This document shows positions 7,873 to 15,910 of a stretch of 19,235 bases of DNA, piece by piece. A model generated the notes under the pieces. That model saw only the letters and a list, made by a program, of their open reading frames with translations. It searched no databases and had not been told where the DNA came from. The DNA comes from Elusimicrobiota bacterium. Its GTDB lineage: Bacteria > Elusimicrobiota > Elusimicrobia > UBA1565 > UBA9628. The DNA lies in NCBI GenBank assembly GCA_027319565.1, contig DAHVNA010000037.1, positions 1-19,235 on the forward strand. Reading direction: 5' to 3'. The position numbers were made by a program, and so were the translations under genes. Each line of letters begins with the position of its first letter. Within the stretch, counting starts at the first letter, position 1.

Positions 7873-9474
7873 CTACCGCAAGACAATAGGGAGAATCTTG
7901 GAGAGTTCCGAGCGCGGAAGAAGCTGAGGATTTTGAGAATGATTGTCCAACTCCGCCACATTTTCAACTTCCGGCTCTAAATAATCGTAAAGCGACCCTA
8001 AGGTCACGTTTTTTTTGCCGCTCAACGCCTTTCCGTTGAGTCCGCGCAAGAAATAATAGGTCAAAAGCCCGTGGCCTTGGCTTTTGATGACCTCGGCCGT
8101 TTGATCGTCGCGCGCGGCGGTCAAAACCGCGATTTGGCCGTTTCCAGGGACAAAGCCCGGGCGAACGCGAGTCGACAACGGGCGTATTCCCAGACGGATA
8201 ATTGAGCGCGCGCCAGCGCCGGAAAAACAAGAGTCTAAAACGACGATGATTCGCTTGGCGTGAATCTTCAAAAAATCGGCATAGAGCCTTTTTAACGGAT
8301 AGGCGGTCTTTTCTAAAAACTCCGGATCCCCGTCAAAGGGAACCAGGTAGGCCTGTCCCGTATCCGGATTAGGCGCGCCATGCCCTGAAAAATAAAAAAA
8401 GACGCGGGATTTTGTTCCCACGTTTTTGGGCAGCCAGTCCTCCAAATAAGCCGCCAAATCGCTTTTGGTCGCCGTTTCATTGAGCAGAAAGCGGATATGG
8501 CGCGCAGGCACGCCCAAGGCAAGCATATATTTTTTGACGGTCAGCGCGTCTCTTTGAGAAAATTCGGAATGCGGCAACTTGCCGGCGTATTTCTCGACTC
8601 CCACCACAATCGCAAAATCATCTCGCCGGGGCGGCTCCTCAAAACTAGGCGCGTCCACGTCGCTTTTAATCGCTTTTGTTTTTTTCGCGAGCTTCGATTG
8701 TTTTTTAAGGCTTTCTATTTCCTTGGCGAGAACATCCAAACGCCGCGCGATATCGGCCTGGGTTGAATTTTGGGCGGATTGCGCGGCTTTCAAAGCGATT
8801 TTAGAGACGTCTTCCCGCGTCAAATTCTGTTTGTTGGATAAACGCTCGGCGTCCTCTCGAATACCTGGAGACGGGGGATGACGCCGGTAATCCTCAATAA
8901 GCGCCGCCACCTGCTGGTGTTCGGTCTGATAGGCATAATCGAGAGCGGTCCGTCCATTTTCATCGCTCGCATCGACATCGGCCCCATGGTTGAGCAAAAG
9001 CTCGACTAAACCCGCCTGCCCATATTTCGCGGCCAGCATCAGGGCCGTGCGGCCATAGATGTTTTTGGCGTTGAGGTCCGCTCCATTAAGGATTAAAAAA
9101 TGCGCGACCTCCATCTGTTTTTGGGAAATCGGGGAAGATAAATGGCGAACAGGCATTACATGAAATTTCGGAAAAAGAAAATCGGGCCGGATAAAACCGC
9201 TGTCATTCCAAAGCTGCGGCATATCGGCATGGCCGTTGGAGGCGATTTCCATTAAGGCCGTGTCTCCGGCCTTGTCAACCGCGTTGATATCGGCGCCCTG
9301 ATCAATGAGGCTTTTGACTTTGGAAAGATCCCCTCTGGATACGGCGCGGAAAAATTGAGAGTTCAGTCCGGCGAAAGAAGAACGCGGCAAGAAAAGAAGC
9401 AAAACGGAAAGTAACGGGAAGAAACAGAAAGGCGAAAATGGGAAGAACTGACCTTTGTTTGTCTTTTTGATCAT
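7873..9474 (-). CDS. Secreted ankyrin-repeat + caspase-like (peptidase C14) protein
   Basis: Signal peptide (…SSFA/G), ankyrin repeats (GADINAVDKAGDTAL, GRTALMLAAKYGQ, GRTALDYA) and a coiled-coil. The C14 domain carries the catalytic His (FSGHG) and Cys (LDSCFSG). Confidence 0.9.
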   Translation of the reverse strand: MIKKTNKGQFFPFSPFCFFPLLSVLLLFLPRSSFAGLNSQFFRAVSRGDLSKVKSLIDQGADINAVDKAGDTALMEIASNGHADMPQLWNDSGFIRPDFLFPKFHVMPVRHLSSPISQKQMEVAHFLILNGADLNAKNIYGRTALMLAAKYGQAGLVELLLNHGADVDASDENGRTALDYAYQTEHQQVAALIEDYRRHPPSPGIREDAERLSNKQNLTREDVSKIALKAAQSAQNSTQADIARRLDVLAKEIESLKKQSKLAKKTKAIKSDVDAPSFEEPPRRDDFAIVVGVEKYAGKLPHSEFSQRDALTVKKYMLALGVPARHIRFLLNETATKSDLAAYLEDWLPKNVGTKSRVFFYFSGHGAPNPDTGQAYLVPFDGDPEFLEKTAYPLKRLYADFLKIHAKRIIVVLDSCFSGAGARSIIRLGIRPLSTRVRPGFVPGNGQIAVLTAARDDQTAEVIKSQGHGLLTYYFLRGLNGKALSGKKNVTLGSLYDYLEPEVENVAELDNHSQNPQLLPRSELSKILPIVLR

Positions 9475-10457
9475 CTTTGATCGAACTGCTTTGACTCATC
9501 CCAAGAATCCCAGCACTCATTGGCATGAAGTAAAAGCTCGGGGTTTTCCTGCATCCGATCTATAAACTTTTTGACGATGGGCGACTCCCAAGCCTTGACC
9601 ACCTTGTCCCAAGCGGATTTTAGTTCTTCTTTCTTAAGATCCGCCGCATAGAAAGGAAGGGCGTTGAGGAGTTTAACCTTGCCGTCGGGAACGACCAAGA
9701 CCATGGATTGCGGGTTTTGAAGTCTCACCACCGCTTCACGGCGAATATCCCAAGGATAAGCTGAAATTTTAACCTTATTGCCGAGAGTCTCGGCCCGCTC
9801 TTTAATTTTTTTGAGGGTTTTTTTCCACGCCTCATCTGAAACCGACAAGCGATCCCAGGCCGCCGCGGCCCGGCCCAAGCGCATCATGGGGCCGGTGACA
9901 AACAGGCGCGCGCCCAATGAATGAGCCAATTCATAAGCGGAGACCGCGTCCTCTAAATTCAATCGATTCGGAACGAAAACAAATTCCGGCTCGAGTCCCG
10001 CTTGAGACAAGGCCTTAAGAGCATCCACGGCTTTTTTCCAGGAGCCGCTGGGCCTGACGCGCTCATGAATTTCCGGAGTCGAACCGTCGACGCTAATTTG
10101 AATGGAGGAAATTCCCAAGCGCTTCAAGCGTTCAATCGCCGCTGAATCAATGGCAAGCCCATTGGTCTCGATTTTAATTTGCGCGCCGCCGCGGCTTAAA
10201 ACTTCAAAAACATCCCAAGCGTGTTCGACAAAAAGAGGCTCTCCGCCTCCAAAAGCGACATATGGAATTCCCAATTCGACGATCTGGCGGGATAAAGACA
10301 GGGCTTCTTCTTTGGAGAGCTCTTTTTTCCACGCCTTATCCGGACCAGATTCTTCGCAACAGTGAAGGCAAAAAGAGGTGCAGCGGTTAGTCAGCTGCCA
10401 AGCAAGAAAGAGGGGAGCGCTATAATCGACGATCCGCGCCCCCCTCTCGTGAGTCAC
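9471..10457 (-). CDS. Radical SAM protein 3 (PqqE/MftC-like core, Cys-poor SPASM-like tail)
   Basis: CTSFCLHC (CxxxCxxC), GGGEP, IETNG and QISVDG. The GTG start overlaps the peptide stop. Confidence 0.92.
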   Translation of the reverse strand: MTHERGARIVDYSAPLFLAWQLTNRCTSFCLHCCEESGPDKAWKKELSKEEALSLSRQIVELGIPYVAFGGGEPLFVEHAWDVFEVLSRGGAQIKIETNGLAIDSAAIERLKRLGISSIQISVDGSTPEIHERVRPSGSWKKAVDALKALSQAGLEPEFVFVPNRLNLEDAVSAYELAHSLGARLFVTGPMMRLGRAAAAWDRLSVSDEAWKKTLKKIKERAETLGNKVKISAYPWDIRREAVVRLQNPQSMVLVVPDGKVKLLNALPFYAADLKKEELKSAWDKVVKAWESPIVKKFIDRMQENPELLLHANECWDSWDESKQFDQR

Positions 10458-10576
10458 GTGAACCGAATGTAGGGCTGCGCCATCACCCGCTCGGAAACCT
10501 CTTCCATTTTGGGAGTTTCCCAGACGAGTTTTTTTGAGGCTTTCGCCCCTTCGCTCACGTTTTTTTGGTCGTTCAT
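10454..10576 (-). CDS. 40-aa putative RiPP precursor peptide MNDQKNVSEGAKASKKLVWETPKMEEVSERVMAQPYIRFT
   Basis: AAGGAG SD 5 nt before ATG 10576. It fills the only gap in the operon, and its stop overlaps the next start (GTGA). WxxPxM resembles the (W/Y)xxPx(L/F) leader motif bound by RREs. Confidence 0.8.
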   Translation of the reverse strand: MNDQKNVSEGAKASKKLVWETPKMEEVSERVMAQPYIRFT

Positions 10577-10595
10577 TCTGTCTCCTTCGTGCCGA

Positions 10596-11561
10596 CTAGA
10601 CCATAGCCGGCAAATCGGACGTTTCCAAAGGCCGCAGCTGATTGGCGGCGGCCAAAACGGAATCGTCTTTAAGAATTTCCTCAAAACCTGAAGATATCTT
10701 AGGATTTTGGTAAGCCTTTTGACACTTCTCCCACGCTTGGATTAAAGTTTCTTTTCTCAAATCAGCGCAGGTATAGGGCAAAAAGGCGGACACCCGAACG
10801 CGGCCATCCGGCAAAATCAAAATGGTGGCGGGAGAAGATACTTTCTTGGCCGTTAAGTCCTCTTGAATCGAAAAAGGCCTAAACAAAATCTCCATCTTTC
10901 CAGAAAACTCTTTTTCTTTCATCTCAAGCAAATTATAAAATTTTTCGTATTCCGCAAAAGAGAGGTTGAGTTTTTCCCAGAGTTTGGCCGCGGTTCCAAG
11001 CCGCATCAAACTGCCGGTGTTTAAGCGAAAAGCCCCGAGACTAGCCGCCAAATCAATGACCGCCGCGGCTTCAGAAACATTGATTCTGGTCGGCGCGAAA
11101 GTAATTTCAAGCGGAAGATTAAATTTCCGCGCCGCGCGGCAGGCCGAAAGGGTTTTCTCCAAAAAAGCGCCGGGGCGCATTTTAGAATAAACGGCCTGGG
11201 TGGCGCCGTCAATTGAAATCTGAAGAGACCGGATCGGCAAATGAGAAAGCCTTTCCGCTTCTTTTTCTCCGAAAATTTGGCCATTGGTCTCGACTTTAAG
11301 ATAAACCCCACCTTGCCCCAAAAATTCGGCCAGCTCGAAAAAATGCGGAACAATCAGAGGCTCGCCCCCCGCCAAGAGAAGATACGGCACTTGGGCTTTT
11401 ACAATTTGGCCCGCGATGTTTAACGCCTCGCCGCGGGAAAGCTCATGGAGAAAAGGCCTTCCCGGAGCGGAATCGGTACAGCAATGCAGGCAGGCAAGAT
11501 TGCAGTCTCTCGTCACCTGCCAGGCGATAAAACTCGGCGCCGAAAGATCGGATGTTTTCAT
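10596..11561 (-). CDS. Radical SAM protein 2
   Basis: CNLACLHC, AGGEP, VETNG and QISIDGA. ATGA overlap with the prenyltransferase. Confidence 0.92.
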   Translation of the reverse strand: MKTSDLSAPSFIAWQVTRDCNLACLHCCTDSAPGRPFLHELSRGEALNIAGQIVKAQVPYLLLAGGEPLIVPHFFELAEFLGQGGVYLKVETNGQIFGEKEAERLSHLPIRSLQISIDGATQAVYSKMRPGAFLEKTLSACRAARKFNLPLEITFAPTRINVSEAAAVIDLAASLGAFRLNTGSLMRLGTAAKLWEKLNLSFAEYEKFYNLLEMKEKEFSGKMEILFRPFSIQEDLTAKKVSSPATILILPDGRVRVSAFLPYTCADLRKETLIQAWEKCQKAYQNPKISSGFEEILKDDSVLAAANQLRPLETSDLPAMV

Positions 11562-12484
11562 TTAGAGATCAGGAGAGTCAAGGTAAAAACCGAGGTTGAA
11601 ACGAGATAGCACAAAACGATATTTTTAATCGCCGGAATAAAGAGGCGCGGGCTGTCCCAGGCGTTTAAAGCCGTCTTGGCGCTCAGTATCCAAAATGGAA
11701 GCCCAGAAAAGGCCGCGAAAAAAGCCGCTTTGGGAAAAACTCCCGCCGCCGCTCCCACGATCGCAACCAGAAGGCCCAAGGCGGACAATCCCAAGTATAA
11801 GAAAACCCCGTTTTTTCTCCCCAATCTCACGACGAGGTTCCGCTTTCCCACCAAACGGTCTTGATAAAAATCGGGAATCGCGTTGACGACCGCCAAGGAC
11901 ATAATCAAAAGCCCGGGAACCAAGGAAGCCAAAAGCGCTCCCCAAGAAAATCGCCGGGTATAAAGCGCCAAGCTTCCCAAGGTCATCCAAGGCCCGTAGG
12001 ATAGGCCAATCATCAGTTCCCCCATGCCGCGGTAAACCCATCGAATGGGCGGACCGACATAAAAAAGAGCGGCCAGTCCCCCGAGCAAGGTGTAAAGGAT
12101 GACGGGCCATCCGCCAAATTTCGCCAGGTAAAACCCCACCGCGGCCGCGACCGCAAAGGAGAAAATTCCCAGCCACAGCATCCACTCCGGAATATATTCA
12201 TCATCGGAGGGGTTAAACACGCGATCGGTGCCCATCCGGGCGTCGAAATATTCGTTAAAAGACTCAACCCCCACGACAGACAGGAAAATTCCAAAAAGCC
12301 CCAAGGAGAAAAGATGCGGCGAAAAAGTTTTTTCCACTCCATAGGCCCAGGCCGAGCCTAAAAGATAGGGAAGCAGCCCCGCATAGAGAAAGAAACGATA
12401 GCGAATCAGTGAAAAGACGCGAAAAGGCGCGTCTAAGACACCGGGGACGCCGGGGCACTTCGCGATAGGCGTTTCCGCCGCCAT
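11558..12484 (-). CDS. UbiA-superfamily prenyltransferase (MenA/UBIAD1-like)
   Basis: Asp-rich motifs NEYFDARMGTDR and NAIPDFYQDRLVGKRNL, YRGMGE and multiple TM helices. Start at ATG 12484 by TAATG coupling. Confidence 0.9.
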   Translation of the reverse strand: MAAETPIAKCPGVPGVLDAPFRVFSLIRYRFFLYAGLLPYLLGSAWAYGVEKTFSPHLFSLGLFGIFLSVVGVESFNEYFDARMGTDRVFNPSDDEYIPEWMLWLGIFSFAVAAAVGFYLAKFGGWPVILYTLLGGLAALFYVGPPIRWVYRGMGELMIGLSYGPWMTLGSLALYTRRFSWGALLASLVPGLLIMSLAVVNAIPDFYQDRLVGKRNLVVRLGRKNGVFLYLGLSALGLLVAIVGAAAGVFPKAAFFAAFSGLPFWILSAKTALNAWDSPRLFIPAIKNIVLCYLVSTSVFTLTLLISK

Positions 12485-13461
12485 TAAACCTCGACCCATT
12501 TATGGAGTTTTGAAACCACCGTCGGATCTTTTTCCAACTCCTGGACAAAGCCGTAGACCTTGGGGTTTTTCCAGGCTTCCTGAAAATGCTTCCAGACCCG
12601 GCCCAAGGACTCATCGCGCAAGTTTCCGCAGACAAAAGGAAGGGCGTTAATGAGTTTGACCTTGCCATTGGGCAAAATAATGAAAAGCGCCGCTGGATTT
12701 TCAAGGCGATATTTGAGCTCTTCCAAAAGGCCCATTTCATGGAAATAAACTCTCATTCGCCCTTCATATTCCTTGGCTTTGGCGCGCAAGGCGTCAAAAA
12801 ACTCCGGGTAATCGGCTTCATCGGGAGCGGTCATCTTCCAAGTCCTGACCGCGTTGCCGGTGTACATGATTTTGCCGGTATAGAAGCTGTAAGCCCCCAG
12901 TTGATACGCCAAGTCCACGACATCGGAAATTTCCTTGATGTTGAATTTCGCCGGGACAAAGTTGATTTCAATCGGCACGCCCGCAAGGCCTAGATTTTTA
13001 ATTCCCTCGGTCGCCGATTCAAAACGCCCGTGAATCCGCATCTTGTTAAAAGACGCGGGGTTTGCCCCGTCTAATGAAACCTGGACGGCCTTGACTCCTA
13101 GGGTCTTAAGCCGCCGGCAATTTTCAGGCGTCAAATAATGCCCGTTGGTCTCGATTTTCAGCCCCACCCCGCCCTTAATGATTCTTTCGACCATCTCGAA
13201 AAAATGCGGGTGAACCATCGGCTCGCCGCCGGAAAAAGAGACGTAGGGCACCTGTCCTTCGATTAGCTGATCGATAATCGAAAAAGCCTCGTCTTTCGTC
13301 AATTCGTCTTTAAAGGCTTTTCCCGGCCCGGATTCTTCGATGCAGTGAAGGCAGGCGAGATTGCACTCATTGGTGATCTGCCAGGCGACATAAAGAGGCG
13401 CGCCTAAATCTTCGGAAGAAACCGCTTCTTCCGCTTCTTTAACTTGAGCGGGAGAAGCCAT
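12484..13461 (-). CDS. Radical SAM protein 1
   Basis: APLYVAWQITNECNLACLHC, SGGEP, IETNG and QVSLDGA. Confidence 0.93.
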   Translation of the reverse strand: MASPAQVKEAEEAVSSEDLGAPLYVAWQITNECNLACLHCIEESGPGKAFKDELTKDEAFSIIDQLIEGQVPYVSFSGGEPMVHPHFFEMVERIIKGGVGLKIETNGHYLTPENCRRLKTLGVKAVQVSLDGANPASFNKMRIHGRFESATEGIKNLGLAGVPIEINFVPAKFNIKEISDVVDLAYQLGAYSFYTGKIMYTGNAVRTWKMTAPDEADYPEFFDALRAKAKEYEGRMRVYFHEMGLLEELKYRLENPAALFIILPNGKVKLINALPFVCGNLRDESLGRVWKHFQEAWKNPKVYGFVQELEKDPTVVSKLHKWVEV

Positions 13462-13901
13462 TATTCGACGATGAGGCCCTTGCCTTTGAGATCGGTTAAA
13501 AACCCGGCGGCCTCTTTTTCCATATTTCCGGTCGGATCCTCGTATTTTTCCTTCAGTTTCCCGAATAAGGACGCGGAATCGGCTCCGGCGACGATTTCGC
13601 GAACCACCGCCGCGCCTGTGGGGCTTAAGGTATAAACCTTTTCGGACCGGGTCTCAAACAAAACCGCCCCGAATTTTTCCTCTCTAAATTTCACAAATGG
13701 CGCTAATTTCATAACTCCTCCCTTGGATGCGGCCAAACACGCGGACGCGTCCGCCGCTTCTCTTTCAATGATGTCCTCAAGTTCGCGCCGCACGTTTTCG
13801 CGGCTTTGAACGTTGACTGCGTCTTTAGAGTTCGCTTCTTTTTCCGATACGGCAAAATCTCCCGACTTCCAGGCTTTTTTAATCAAGGATTGATAAGACA
13901 T
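13461..13901 (-). CDS. PqqD/RRE-family peptide-binding protein with a 63-aa N-terminal extension
   Basis: Residues 64-146 (MKLAPFVKFREEKFGAVLFETRSEKVYTLSPTGAAVV…LKEKY…FLTDLKGKGLIVE) show the 3-strand/3-helix PqqD/MftB pattern. TAATG coupling at both ends. An internal SD and ATG lie at 13712. Confidence 0.85.
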   Translation of the reverse strand: MSYQSLIKKAWKSGDFAVSEKEANSKDAVNVQSRENVRRELEDIIEREAADASACLAASKGGVMKLAPFVKFREEKFGAVLFETRSEKVYTLSPTGAAVVREIVAGADSASLFGKLKEKYEDPTGNMEKEAAGFLTDLKGKGLIVE

Positions 13902-14854
13902 TAAAATTCTCTCTTGGCCATGACTTCAATAAAGAAAGACAGATCTTTGGCCTCGTCTTTAAGCGGCAGACCCAAACACAGGGCTTTCATCGAATCGACG
14001 ATCTCGCGCCCTTTAACGCGCGCTTCATCTAAGAAACCCTCCTTCTTAACGAAAGAAATCGCCTCTTTGACCGCGTTTGAGTCGGTTTCGCCGCGGCGCC
14101 ATAAATCCAAAAAGTTTCCGCGGGTTTTCGGGTTTTGAAGGGCCAAAATGCAGGGCAATGTCAGACGGCGATTCATCAAATCCTGGGCCGCGGGTTTTCC
14201 CGAGACTTCCTCGGTTAAAAGAAAATCATGGATGTCGTCGACAATTTGAAGCAAGATTCCCGCCGATAAAGCGAGCCGCGGCGGATCGGAGGACTCATGG
14301 GGAAAGGGGCTTATTTCGGAGAGAACCTTGCCGCACCACTCAAACAAGGCGCCGGTTTTTCGAGCGGCGATTCCCAAATAAGCGTCTACGGAGACCTCGA
14401 CACTTCCTTTTAGAAATTCTTCCTGAAGCTCTCCGGCCGCCATTTCCCGAACCGTCGTCACCAGATGTTCCGGGGCTCTTGGAGAAATATCGATGGCCTC
14501 TTCAAGGCCTTGAGAAAAAGCGAGATCGCCCAGCAAAAGCGCGACCGTATTTCCAAAAAGAGCGTTCGGCGTGGCCACGCCGCGGCGGGTGTCGGCCTTA
14601 TCCACGCAATCATCATGCAAAAGAGAGGCGTTGTGAACAAACTCCATCGCGCGGGAAGCCGCCTCCGCTTTTTTTTCGTCAACCCCCAAGGCTCTGGCCA
14701 AAAGAAGGCAAAAGCGGGCTCTCAGCATTTTCCCCGGGCGGCCCACGTAACCGGCCAGGGTCTCCCCCACGCGCCCGGAAAGCCTGCGCGCGCGGCTCTC
14801 CATTCCGAGGCGAACTCTCTCGATGGAATCTTCAAGGCTAAGTAGCGCTAGCAT
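13901..14854 (-). CDS. Trans-polyprenyl diphosphate synthase (probably long-chain)
   Basis: GKMLR, FARM (HNASLLHDDCVD…RRG), KTGALF and SARM (LQIVDDIHD). Confidence 0.93.
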   Translation of the reverse strand: MLALLSLEDSIERVRLGMESRARRLSGRVGETLAGYVGRPGKMLRARFCLLLARALGVDEKKAEAASRAMEFVHNASLLHDDCVDKADTRRGVATPNALFGNTVALLLGDLAFSQGLEEAIDISPRAPEHLVTTVREMAAGELQEEFLKGSVEVSVDAYLGIAARKTGALFEWCGKVLSEISPFPHESSDPPRLALSAGILLQIVDDIHDFLLTEEVSGKPAAQDLMNRRLTLPCILALQNPKTRGNFLDLWRRGETDSNAVKEAISFVKKEGFLDEARVKGREIVDSMKALCLGLPLKDEAKDLSFFIEVMAKREF

Positions 14855-14868
14855 AGATTTAGATATCT

Positions 14869-14877
14869 ATTATAGCA
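14869..14877 (-). promoter_or_regulatory. Extended -10 promoter TG-C-TATAAT for the prenyl/rSAM operon
   Basis: Perfect TGnTATAAT 14 nt upstream of ATG 14854, with no SD. Confidence 0.7.
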
Positions 14878-14957
14878 TTCTGAAAAAAATTCCATCATTA
14901 AAAACGTTAGGTACACGCCCCCGTTAAATTGTTAAATTAAGTAGCGTCTTATTTTAT

Positions 14958-15431
14958 ATGCCGAGCCGAAATACATCGAATTTCCTCCGCCGTTTGTTTC
15001 GCGTTAGCTTAGCGCTCAAGGCAGTGGACGGAGTTCTTGAAACAGCGGGCGGAATTCTCTTAGCGATCTTCAATCGAGGAACGCTCAACCAGATGGTCAT
15101 CGCCTTGACCCAGCATGAATTGACCGAAGATCCAAAAGATTTCGTGGCCAATCATCTTCGTTTACTTGTCGGGCATCTCACCAGCGACGTCAAGTTGTTC
15201 GCGGTAGCCTACCTTTTGATTCATGGACTTTTGAAAGTGGCGCTCGCCATTAACTTACTGAAAGGACGGACCTGGGTCTATCCCTGGGCGATGGGTTTCT
15301 TTAGCCTCTTCATGGCCTATGAAGCTTATCGTCTGAGCTACGCTCATTCCCTGCCGATGGCGTGCTTCTTTGCCTTAGACCTAGCGATTGTCGCGCTCCT
15401 TTACTGGGAACACAGGGTAAAAACGCTATGA
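14958..15431 (+). CDS. DUF2127-like membrane protein
   Basis: LKAVDGVLETAGG…HELTEDPKDFVA…YLLIHGLLK…WVYP…YEAY pattern with about 4 TM segments. Confidence 0.75.
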   Translation: MPSRNTSNFLRRLFRVSLALKAVDGVLETAGGILLAIFNRGTLNQMVIALTQHELTEDPKDFVANHLRLLVGHLTSDVKLFAVAYLLIHGLLKVALAINLLKGRTWVYPWAMGFFSLFMAYEAYRLSYAHSLPMACFFALDLAIVALLYWEHRVKTL

Positions 15432-15910
15432 CACCCGCCAAAGCTCTCGCCATTTTTGGCGCGAAATATTTGCTCGTGATCATCGTAGGCATCGCGCTGA
15501 TTTACTTTCTGCGGCAGCCGCGACCCACTCAGAGGAAAATGCTGACCCTCGCCGCCGTCGCCTGTCCGCTCATTTTGCTCATCGCGCGCCTTATCGCGAT
15601 TTTTTATTACGATCCAAGGCCCTTCGTCGTGGGCCATTTTGCGCCCTTGATTCCGCACGATCCCGATAACGGCTTTCCGTCCGATCATGCCCTATTGGGG
15701 GCCGCAATCTCATCATGGGCCTTTCCCTTTTCAAAAAAACTATCGGCCGCCGCTTGGATTTTGACCCTGCTGGTCGGTTTTTCAAGAGTCTATGTCGGGG
15801 TTCATCATCCGATTGATATCGCGGGCAGCATCATCATCTCGATTTTGACCACCTCCGCGGTTTACCGAGGTCTCAATCTTCGGAGCGCACCCGAGCGCGA
15901 AATTTTTTGA
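15428..15910 (+). CDS. PAP2-family phosphatase (BcrC-like undecaprenyl-diphosphatase)
   Basis: PRPFV, GFPSDHA and [13 protein letters not shown] motifs. ATG 15428 overlaps the upstream stop. Confidence 0.88.
   Translation: MTPAKALAIFGAKYLLVIIVGIALIYFLRQPRPTQRKMLTLAAVACPLILLIARLIAIFYYDPRPFVVGHFAPLIPHDPDNGFPSDHALLGAAISSWAFPFSKKLSAAAWILTLLVGFSRVYVGVHHPIDIAGSIIISILTTSAVYRGLNLRSAPEREIF

Noticed and set aside
10577..10684. 76-aa extended version of the peptide ORF
   Set aside because: The extension overlaps the 3' end of rSAM2, and a clear SD precedes ATG 10576.
9471..13901. Calling the cluster PQQ, mycofactocin, lasso peptide or heme d1/Ahb biosynthesis
   Set aside because: There is no pqqB/C, mftD/E/F, lasso cyclase or siroheme gene. 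The peptide lacks ExxxY and IDGxCGVY, and the rSAMs lack SPASM cysteines.
14077..14845. Long alternative ORFs antisense to the polyprenyl synthase
   Set aside because: They are Arg/Pro-rich shadow frames with no recognisable motifs.
15873..15910. 38-bp convergent overlap of the PAP2 gene and arfB
   Set aside because: Short tail-to-tail overlaps are common in compact genomes, and both genes appear intact.
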